From NCBI GenBank assembly GCA_026986775.1, contig JALSNX010000004.1, positions 69,622 through 133,621 on the forward strand: DNA of 64,000 nucleotides, read 5' to 3'. Below are positions 37,661 through 46,400 of this stretch, piece after piece (position 1 is the stretch's first letter; each line of letters begins with the position of its first letter). Below the pieces are notes generated by a model. The model was given only the letters and a program-made list of their open reading frames with translations. It was not told the DNA's origin and made no database searches. The translations under genes and the position numbers were made by a program. This DNA comes from a candidate division WOR-3 bacterium. Its GTDB lineage: Bacteria > Hydrothermota > Hydrothermia > UBA1063 > CAJXJZ01.

Positions 37661-39421
37661 ATGTGGTTTTTATTATTTATTATCCTAAATGGTGTGGATG
37701 GCGATACGCTTCCCACCTACACATTTGATACGCTCAAGATAAAGGCAAAGCAGGGTTGTTCGTTTACTGGAGAGGTATTTTCCACAAACGACATAAAGAG
37801 ATTCCCGTATTTTCTTGAACCTGATATTACAAGATACATAGAACGCTTACCCGGTGTAATATCAGGAAGTGATTTTGTTTATCCCTCCGGTTTATACATT
37901 AAAGGTGCATCTCCATGGGAAAGCGATTTTTATTTTGACGGTATTCCTGTTATAGCGCCCTTTCATTTTATAAGTATTACAGGAATACCAATAAGCAGTG
38001 CCGAAAGGATAATATATTTTGAGAACTTCCACTCTTTTTCGGTATATGAGACACCTCAGTCTGCCTTCAATATTATTCCTTATTTTCGCGATGGTAAAAA
38101 TGAAATATACCAGAGTTTACTTAACACAACAGTTTCCCTGAATACCGGACATCTTAATTTTACAGGTAGATTCTTTTATCCATCTTTGATTCTTGATATA
38201 CTTAAGAAGAACGATTATTCTCTCTCAACATACGACCTCTTATTTGCCATGAAAGCAAAATCCATGAATGTTTCAGGTTTTTTTATGAGGGAACATATAG
38301 AAAAGAAAGATACCTCTTCAGATAATCTTTTTTCCAGTGGATATTCTCTTGGAGTAAGGGCAGGAATCGGAATTTTTGCTTTTCTATATTCAGAGGCAAA
38401 AAGATATGGAATGGCTGAAAGGGATACTCTTTATAACTATTTTCTTAAAGTTTTTGAGACGCAAATCAAACCGACTAAAAATATTGCCTTCAGAATAAGA
38501 AGGTATGAAGATACTAAAAATTCCCTGAATCTCGCACGAGTATGGTTCGGAAAAGAGATTGAAGAGATGGCGTTTAATACATCTTTCGTGGTCTATTACC
38601 ACAAAAAACATATTTTTCCGTTTCTAAGTGGCGAAATATACAAAAAATTTACTTTTAAGGATAGAGCAAGTGCCAGACTCTCTCTGAGTTTAAGGAGCGA
38701 ATACAAAAGCGGATACGATATGCTGTATGAAGGACCCCTTATACCCTCAAAACCTTTTGCGCCCGATAAGATAATAAGGTCAGATATAAGCCTCAGGAAA
38801 ATTATGAAAAAGGGCACATGGGAAATGAATATGTATTTTTCACACCATTTTAATTACAGATTTTACCATGTTGACAGGTTTATTAGGTTGAGGTCACCGT
38901 TTTCTTTTTTAGAAGGTAATTTCACACGGGAGAGGGATTCTATAAGTTTATGGAGTGGTGCCAAGGATGTGGCAGGGATTAGCCTGAAATTAACATATCT
39001 ACTTTCAAGATACGCCGGATTTGAATTCCTTATCGGTGGTAATATGGTGGTGGTGGTGAATGCACAGGGTTACAGATATTATCCGTCCTATAATACGCCT
39101 TTTAAATTGAATGCAGGGTTGTTTTTCAAAAAGCATGACTTTAGAGCTTCCATGGATGTTTCCTATAATTATGGTGGCTGGTATGCCACGAGGGTAATCA
39201 ATTACAATTTTACACCGGTGATTGAAAACGGGTTTTATTACTATAAACTTCCTTCCGAATTGTGGATATCTTTAGCTTTTTCCAGAAAATTTCCGGTGGG
39301 TAAAAGAGAGGTGGAGGCTGGAATTTCCATGAATAGACTTGGCATAAAAAAGAGTTTTTCATTTTACCTGTTCCCTAAATTGTATAACATTCCATCGTTG
39401 TTTGTTAATATGGAGTTTTAG
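37661..39421 (+). CDS. TonB-dependent receptor-like outer-membrane protein, paralog of 35282..37123
   Basis: Plug-like block (IERLPGVISGSDFVYPSGLYIKGASPWESDFYFDGIPVIAPFHF), beta-strand-rich body and a C-terminal Phe (NMEF). Confidence 0.5.
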   Translation: MWFLLFIILNGVDGDTLPTYTFDTLKIKAKQGCSFTGEVFSTNDIKRFPYFLEPDITRYIERLPGVISGSDFVYPSGLYIKGASPWESDFYFDGIPVIAPFHFISITGIPISSAERIIYFENFHSFSVYETPQSAFNIIPYFRDGKNEIYQSLLNTTVSLNTGHLNFTGRFFYPSLILDILKKNDYSLSTYDLLFAMKAKSMNVSGFFMREHIEKKDTSSDNLFSSGYSLGVRAGIGIFAFLYSEAKRYGMAERDTLYNYFLKVFETQIKPTKNIAFRIRRYEDTKNSLNLARVWFGKEIEEMAFNTSFVVYYHKKHIFPFLSGEIYKKFTFKDRASARLSLSLRSEYKSGYDMLYEGPLIPSKPFAPDKIIRSDISLRKIMKKGTWEMNMYFSHHFNYRFYHVDRFIRLRSPFSFLEGNFTRERDSISLWSGAKDVAGISLKLTYLLSRYAGFEFLIGGNMVVVVNAQGYRYYPSYNTPFKLNAGLFFKKHDFRASMDVSYNYGGWYATRVINYNFTPVIENGFYYYKLPSELWISLAFSRKFPVGKREVEAGISMNRLGIKKSFSFYLFPKLYNIPSLFVNMEF

Positions 39422-39422
39422 A

Positions 39423-40136
39423 ATGAGAAAAGGTATTCTGTTCCTGATAGTTATGCTATTGGCAGGGTGCATGAAGCATGATGTTCCGCCTTATGGTGTT
39501 GTTCTCAGTATTTCGCAGGAAGGTTTGCGGCTCTTTACCAGAGAGCCATCCTTACCTGTAAGATATGACTCGCTTTATACCATGGAAGGCCTGCCCCTGA
39601 ATTTAAATTCTGCTTTTTTAATTTTCAAGGATTTCAACGATACTCTTTACTTCGCAGATAGCGGAAACTTCCTTTTTTTGAATATCTATCCCGAAACTAT
39701 CTATGAAAGGGAGGTTGAACTCAATATATTTACTGAAAACGGCCTTTTGAAAGAAAATTTTAGACTTCCTGAAAAGTTGAATCTTAACTTTGATAAAGAT
39801 ACTCTGTTCATTTCGGATACTCTCCGTTTTAATCGTCGTCTCCTTGAAAATGAGTATTGTGAGGTTGTGTTTACAGCAGGTTCTGATAGTTTTTACGCAA
39901 GTGCAAGGGACAGTGCCGGGCCTTTTGATGGTTTTATTGTTCTGTGCCCGGATAGTTTTTACAGAGTCAATGCTAACGGAAGAACCGAAAGGGGTCTTTC
40001 ACCGGGTATATACGAGTTGAATATAAACTTACATACGGTTTATACAAAACCCTTTACAGATTTTCCCGGTTTTTTATTCTGGGATTTTTACAGGGTGGAA
40101 GAGAAGATTCTGATCGTTGACAAAGAATCCTTTTGA
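39423..40136 (+). CDS. lipoprotein, hypothetical
   Basis: ATG at 39423 gives MRKGILFLIVMLLAGC with lipobox. Overlaps the stop of the upstream receptor-like gene. Confidence 0.55.
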   Translation: MRKGILFLIVMLLAGCMKHDVPPYGVVLSISQEGLRLFTREPSLPVRYDSLYTMEGLPLNLNSAFLIFKDFNDTLYFADSGNFLFLNIYPETIYEREVELNIFTENGLLKENFRLPEKLNLNFDKDTLFISDTLRFNRRLLENEYCEVVFTAGSDSFYASARDSAGPFDGFIVLCPDSFYRVNANGRTERGLSPGIYELNINLHTVYTKPFTDFPGFLFWDFYRVEEKILIVDKESF

Positions 40137-40241
40137 TAATATTTTGTGAATATCAAACCGTTATTATAAGATAGATTTTTCTTGTCATTTCCCATTAAAT
40201 GATTTAAAATATGGATAAGTGCTTTTAAAGGAGGCTAAGTA

Positions 40242-41240
40242 ATGATGATTGTACTGCTCGGATTTTTATTTGGCGTCTTTATAATGCTCTCAGAACTCAA
40301 TAAATTTGATACAATAAGTGGGATGGCTATTTTAAATGATCTAAGAATTGCCAAGGCTCTCCTTGTGGCGATAGGGATAGGCATTATCCTTATATTTTTT
40401 GAGGTTAAATTAAATGTTGCATCCTATCATTTAAAGCCTTTTAATCTGGGTGGAGTTGTTATAGGGGGTATTTTATTTGGAGTTGGCATGGCTATCCTTG
40501 GTTACTGTCCTGGAACCCTGATAATATCAGCAGGCGAAGGCTCGCTTGATGCTATGATTGGAATTGTTGGGGGACTCGTCGGTGGGCTTGTATTTACACT
40601 TTTACTGCCTTTTGTGAAGATTTTTATTGGCCCGCATTTTGGAAAAATCTCAATTTTTACTCTACTTGGGAACAATACTACTTTTACATTCCTTGTTTCT
40701 CTTGTTATATCTCTGTTTATGATCTATTCAGCATTTTTACTGAATAAGAAAGATGAAAATAAGAGTATGGACTGGTTTTATGCCGGACTTTTACTTGGAC
40801 TTCTAAATCCGATTATTTTCCTGAAATTCGTACAAAATAGACCCATAGGAGCTTCAACTGCCTATCCATATATAATAGATCGGCTGTTAGGGTTGACCTC
40901 AAATCCATACTTTTTAAAAATTCAAAAACCTGGTGAATGGGAAGTGCTATTCCTGCTCGGTGCTTTTGTAGCCGGATTTACTTTCTCTATCTTGAGAAGA
41001 AAGTTTGAATTAAAGTTAATTCAGCCACGGTGGGAGAAGTATAAAGGCAACCTGCCATTAAAACGGATTTTTTATGCCTTTGTAGGTGGATTTATCCTTA
41101 TTTTCGGAGCAAGGTTGGCAGGTGGTTGCACCAGTGGTCATATTCTCTCTGGGGGTATGCAACTTTCAATAAGCAGTATAGTTTTTGCTGTATTTGTATT
41201 TCTTAGTCTCGTTATTACAGGAAGGATTTTTTACAGATAA
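40242..41240 (+). CDS. YeeE/YedE-family inner-membrane protein (putative thiosulfate/sulfur-compound transporter)
   Basis: Two pseudo-repeated halves, each with a conserved Cys motif (LGYCPGT and AGGCTSGH); polytopic; AAAGGAGG Shine-Dalgarno. Confidence 0.8.
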   Translation: MMIVLLGFLFGVFIMLSELNKFDTISGMAILNDLRIAKALLVAIGIGIILIFFEVKLNVASYHLKPFNLGGVVIGGILFGVGMAILGYCPGTLIISAGEGSLDAMIGIVGGLVGGLVFTLLLPFVKIFIGPHFGKISIFTLLGNNTTFTFLVSLVISLFMIYSAFLLNKKDENKSMDWFYAGLLLGLLNPIIFLKFVQNRPIGASTAYPYIIDRLLGLTSNPYFLKIQKPGEWEVLFLLGAFVAGFTFSILRRKFELKLIQPRWEKYKGNLPLKRIFYAFVGGFILIFGARLAGGCTSGHILSGGMQLSISSIVFAVFVFLSLVITGRIFYR

Positions 41241-41254
41241 AAGGAGGAGATATT

Positions 41255-42034
41255 ATGCTAAAGGAAAATAGATGGAAAATAATTGTTGGTGTCAGTTTAG
41301 CAGTTGTATCATGGCTAACTCCTGTCCAGGCCATGGCTACTGAGAAAGTCTATGTGTATGGCCCCGGTGGACCATTTCCTGCTGTAAATGAAGTTGCAAA
41401 GGTGTTTTCTAACAGGTATAATGTGGATGTAATTGTTGTAAAAGGTCCAACATCCAGATGGCTGAAAAAAGCACAGGATAATGCTGATATTATTTATAGT
41501 GGAGCAGAGTTTATGATGCAGAATTTCGTATGGCTTATGAAAGGAAAAATAGATGAAAAGACTATACAACCTTTGTATCTCAGACCTTCTGGCATTTTGG
41601 TTAGAAAAGGTAATCCAAGACATATTAAAGGATTTGAAGATTTATTGAAACCGGGTATTAGAGTGATGGTTGTGAATGGTGCGGGACAGATGGGACTATG
41701 GGAGGATATGGCAGGAAAACAGGGAAATATTGAGACTATAAGAGCATTAAGAAAAAATATTGTATACTATGCGCATAATAGTGCTGAGGCAAAGGAAAAA
41801 TGGATAAAGGATACCACAATAGATGCATGGTTAATATGGAATATCTGGCAGGTATCCAACCCTGATATAGCTGATTTTATTGCTGTTTCAGATAAATACG
41901 TAATATACAGGGATTGTGGAGTTGCATTGACATTTAAAGGTGAAAAAAATCCGTTTGCTAAAAAGTTTTATGAATTTCTACAATCAGAAGAGGCAAAGAA
42001 AATTTTTAAAAAATGGGGCTGGATTGTGGAATAG
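41255..42034 (+). CDS. periplasmic substrate-binding protein, ModA/WtpA-like (oxyanion-binding PBP2 fold)
   Basis: Signal peptide, 259 aa, ModA-like pattern (VYVYGPGGPFPAVNEVAKVF...ADIIYSGAEF...GIRVMVVNGAG...). AAGGAGG Shine-Dalgarno. No permease/ATPase genes adjacent. Confidence 0.6.
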   Translation: MLKENRWKIIVGVSLAVVSWLTPVQAMATEKVYVYGPGGPFPAVNEVAKVFSNRYNVDVIVVKGPTSRWLKKAQDNADIIYSGAEFMMQNFVWLMKGKIDEKTIQPLYLRPSGILVRKGNPRHIKGFEDLLKPGIRVMVVNGAGQMGLWEDMAGKQGNIETIRALRKNIVYYAHNSAEAKEKWIKDTTIDAWLIWNIWQVSNPDIADFIAVSDKYVIYRDCGVALTFKGEKNPFAKKFYEFLQSEEAKKIFKKWGWIVE

Positions 42035-42094
42035 GGCAATCTTGGCATATTAGTCTGAAGATAAATCTCTTTATGCCCAATAGTCATTAAATTT

Positions 42095-42122
42095 TTGACA
42101 TTCATTTTGTGTGATTTATACT
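42095..42122 (+). promoter_or_regulatory. sigma-70 promoter TTGACA-N16-TATACT for tRNA-Thr
   Basis: Consensus -35, good -10, about 9 nt before the tRNA 5' end. Confidence 0.45.
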
Positions 42123-42131
42123 ATACTAAAT

Positions 42132-42204
42132 GCTGGCGTAGCTCAATCGGCAGAGCAGCGCATTCGTAATGCGCAGGTTGGCGGTTCAAGTCCGCCCGCC
42201 AGCT
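42132..42204 (+). tRNA. tRNA-Thr (anticodon CGT)
   Basis: Cloverleaf: acceptor GCTGGCG/CGCCAGC, D-arm GCTC..GAGC, anticodon stem GCGCA/TGCGC with loop TTCGTAA, T-arm GGCGG-TTCAAGT-CCGCC; 73 nt, CCA not encoded. Confidence 0.9.
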
Positions 42205-42215
42205 TGTAATATGCT

Positions 42216-43490
42216 ATGCTTATAGAATCTGTCTCCGGTATGAGAGGTATAGTCGGGAAGGATCTTCTTCCCGATGTGGTAGTTGACAGAGTCCTTCGCT
42301 TTGCAGCATTCACCGGAGGCAGAAGGTTCCTTATTGCTCGGGATACGAGAAAGTCCGGTGAGGCCATATCTTCCATTGTAAAAGGTGTGCTCACATTTTA
42401 TGGGATGGATGTCTATGATGCAGGGATAGTTCCCACTCCCACTGCACTTTTTTATGTAAGGGATAGAAATCTTGATGGTGGTTTTATAATAACGGCAAGT
42501 CATAACCCTTCTGAGTATAACGGTATTAAATTTGTAACTGAAGATGGATTGTTTCCTCTGGCATGGGAAAGTAAGTATTATCCTGAATACAGTGGTGCCT
42601 CTGGAAGAGAAATCAATGTCCGTGATGCTGTGGAGGTGCATTTGAATCGTATTCTCAGACACTTTGATGGCCAAAAGAAGAAACTGAGAATCTGTGTGGA
42701 TACAAATGGAGGTGCTGCCTTTTTCGCACTGCCTGAACTTTTAAGAAGAATGGGTCATGATGCGATTACACTGAACAGTGAACCGAGCGGTGTATTTGTT
42801 CACAATCCAGAGCCAAGAAAGGAACATCTTGTTGAACTGGACTATCTTTTAAGAAGTGGGGCATGTGATATTGGGTTTGGCACTGACCCTGATGCGGATA
42901 GACTTATATGCGGGATAAAAGGCATGGGTATTCTGAGCGAGGAATTTACTCTTCCCCTTGCATTATTGGGATACGGAAAGAAGGCAACCAATGTGGTTGT
43001 TAATTATTCAACATCCATGCTGGTTGAGTTTGCTGCAGAGAAACTTGGTGCCCGGGTTATAAGAACAAAGGTTGGTGAGGCCAATGTGGTGAGTAAAATG
43101 AAAGAAGTTGATGCCTTTCTTGGGGGTGAAGGAAATGGTGGTGTTATTTTCTCCCATATAAACTCTGCGAGGGATTCGCTTGTGGGAGCGTTTTATATAA
43201 CAAAACTCGCTGAAAATGAGGATATTGGTGAAATTGTATCGGAATTTCCAGGATATTATCTTGCGAAGGAAAAAATAGGTATTGATGACAATGTGGACCT
43301 TTCGGTTCTGGAAAGCAAAATCAAGGCTGATTTTGTAAGTAAGGACGATGGTTTTTATTTTAAGTGGAAAAATGCATGGTTGCACGTAAGAAAGTCAAAT
43401 ACAGAGCCCATTATAAGGATTTACGCTGAAGCCGATAGTGAAGACAGGGCAAGAGAACTTGTGAGAAAAGCCATTTCCATTATAGCGTAA
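42216..43490 (+). CDS. phosphohexomutase (GlmM/ManB family phosphoglucosamine/phosphomanno-mutase)
   Basis: Active-site serine motif ITASHNPSEYNGIKF, the metal-binding DPDADR loop and GEGNGG. The true start may be the internal MRGIVG Met, since the track start abuts the tRNA. Confidence 0.85.
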   Translation: MLIESVSGMRGIVGKDLLPDVVVDRVLRFAAFTGGRRFLIARDTRKSGEAISSIVKGVLTFYGMDVYDAGIVPTPTALFYVRDRNLDGGFIITASHNPSEYNGIKFVTEDGLFPLAWESKYYPEYSGASGREINVRDAVEVHLNRILRHFDGQKKKLRICVDTNGGAAFFALPELLRRMGHDAITLNSEPSGVFVHNPEPRKEHLVELDYLLRSGACDIGFGTDPDADRLICGIKGMGILSEEFTLPLALLGYGKKATNVVVNYSTSMLVEFAAEKLGARVIRTKVGEANVVSKMKEVDAFLGGEGNGGVIFSHINSARDSLVGAFYITKLAENEDIGEIVSEFPGYYLAKEKIGIDDNVDLSVLESKIKADFVSKDDGFYFKWKNAWLHVRKSNTEPIIRIYAEADSEDRARELVRKAISIIA

Positions 43491-46400
43491 TGCTGTTTTT
43501 CGTCCTCTTACAATTCCTGTTTGCTCAAGTTGATTCGGTTTCCTGTAAACTCTCTCAGTTTGAGAACTGGGGGCTTTATACTGTGGGAGATTATTCTGAT
43601 TCTGTTTTCATGGATACTGAAAATGGGGTGGTTTTCTTTGTAAGATTTTACAGAGGGCTTCCTGTTGATACATACAGGATAGAGCCGCTTTCTTTTTATC
43701 TGGACAGCATCCGCTCTGAATTGTTGCTGAATGAGTATCTTAAGATTACTCCTGAAAGCACCAGGGCAAAAGCATCACAGTCAGGGCTTATTCCAACCAT
43801 TGATGTTCCAATAAGATTTCCTAAAGCACTCAGTTTCCTCGGAGAGGGAGGAAAACTTGATATAAGGGGTTCTGAGGATATTTTACTTGGTGGTCAGTCA
43901 ACATACATGCATGACCCGTCAATGGGTGCTGATACAGGAAGTTCCTTCCCCACACTTAATTTAGAAAGTTCAATGAACGTGCTTCTTACAGGCACAGTGG
44001 GAACAAAACTACATATTACGCTGGATTATGACCAGAAAAGAGAAAATCAGAATAAAAATATTGTGAGGCTTAAATACACAGGTGACGAAGACGAGGTCGT
44101 GCAGAGTATAGAGGCAGGGCAGACGAGTTTTTCCATACAGGGAACACAGTTTGCGAGTTTTGCAGGGGGTGGAAGTAAGGCAGGACTTTTCGGCCTTAAA
44201 GGGATATTTAATTTTGGTGGTGTTGAGGTTCAGGCCGTTCTTACAAGGGAAACAGGTGAAGCCTCTCAGGGCACATTCGTTGGAGGTGCAAGGCAGGATA
44301 CCCTTGTTCTTTATGACAGGGATTATCTCAAAAATAAGTTCTTTTATATTGATGAGCCTGATTCTATAATCAAGATATATGTTCTTGTGCACGATGGTTC
44401 CGGAGTTCAGTATGGTGAAATATATCACTGTGTTGCCATCTACTATGACCCTCTTACGAGAAGTTTTGATAGTACTCTGATGGAAGATACGAGGTTCAAG
44501 CTCCTTGAGGACCAGACCGATTTTTATTTTTACCCCTCCAGTAAGGTTCTTGAGCTTAAAAATCCTCTGGATGAAGGAAATATCATGGGGGTGGCTTATG
44601 AGACCCAGGATGGCAGATGGGTGGGCACTCCATTTGATACTACGATGGATACGTATACATTGAGGCTTATTAGACCTCAGAGGTACATGAACAATCTTGA
44701 TACGCTCACCTCCCGTGTTGATACATTGAAGGCGAATCTGTTTAAACTGGAACTTAAGAACATCTATGCTCTTAACTTTTACGGGGTATCTGAATATGAG
44801 GGGCTTTCAATTGATGATATAACACTCACCATATACAAGGATTCTCTTGGTTCCAATGTGTGGAAATCTGCAGAAAATGGTAAAACCTACTTGCAGCTTC
44901 TTGGTCTTGATAATGACGGTGATGGCAGGATAGACCCGACAGTAACGGTGAATGGTCGTATAATTCAGGTATTTGATGGAATAAGGAAGTATCTTATTTT
45001 CCCTCAACCTTATCCTTTCATGTCTGATTCACTACAGGATCCTGATTCCATTATATACAAGAAGCCGGAACTGAGATATAATGAAGGCCAGAAATACAAA
45101 CTTGTTTTTGTAAGAAGGGCACGCCTGAGCAGGGTTATTAATCTCAATCAGATGGATATAGTTGAAGGCTCGGAAGTGGTAAAGTACAATGGTCGTATCC
45201 TCCAGCGAAATAGGGACTACACAATAGATTACAATATGGGAACGATAACACTGCTTGACAGTTCTATATTGAATGACCCCACCGCAAGAATAGAGATAAA
45301 CTATGAGTATACTCCTCTGTTTCAATCAACATCACGTTCTCTTTATGGTTTTCGTGCGAAGTATGGAGATGAACGTTTTAGAATAGGGGCCACGTTGCTT
45401 GGAAGAAGTGAAACACAGGATGCAAAAAGGCCTAAAATAGGGCAGGAGCCAGTAAAGAACATGATACTTGAAAGCGATTTTCAGATAAATCAGGACATAA
45501 ACTTTCTTGAGCCTGTTTTGAGGAAGATTACCTGGAATACACAGACGAGAGCACCCAACCTGAGATTGCAGGGGGAGATTGCAAGGTCAATACCCAATTT
45601 AAATACAGCAGGTTATGGCTATATTGATGACATGGACAATTCCAAAACATCAAGGAGTGTGTATCTTAATTATACTTACTGGAAATACGGTTCAAGACCC
45701 GTGCTTTCTGATAACACATACGCACCGCTGGACCTTCTGTGTGATAAAGTAAACTGGTTTACCTTTACGAATTTATTTACGCGCGGTGATATATACGATA
45801 ATCTCACTCCAGAAGAATCAAGACAGAGTGCAACTGTCCTTGCTATAAGGGTGAAGCCACACAATAATGATACTGCTTCTTATGCTTCACTTTCCCAGCT
45901 TGTTGATGACAGAGGTGTGGACGTTTCTGATATGGAATATCTTGAGGTTATTGTTCGTGGAGATAGGGGAAAAATACACATCGACCTTGGCTCATATATT
46001 TCTGAGGATGCTATCTGGAGGGATAGAAATGGAAATATAAAGGGATGGCATCATGATTCACTTTCTGTGATAGATACTGAGGATAAAAATAATGATGGTC
46101 AGTGGATTGCCGGTGAGGAGGATACGGGGCTTGATGGTGTTTATGGTGATGACGATGACTGGACCTCTTCTTCTCCTGACGATGGGAACGACGATTTTAA
46201 AGGGTATGATTCCCGCACAGGAGACTGGTCACATGTAAACGGAACGGAGCATAATGGCATATTTGATACAGAGGAACTGAAGGTTGATGGAGTACTTGAC
46301 ACAACCAATGACTATTTTGAATACGTGATAGACCTTTCTGACACAAATTCTCCATATCTTAAATCCATAAATGAAAGAGGGTTCAGACATTATCTCATAC

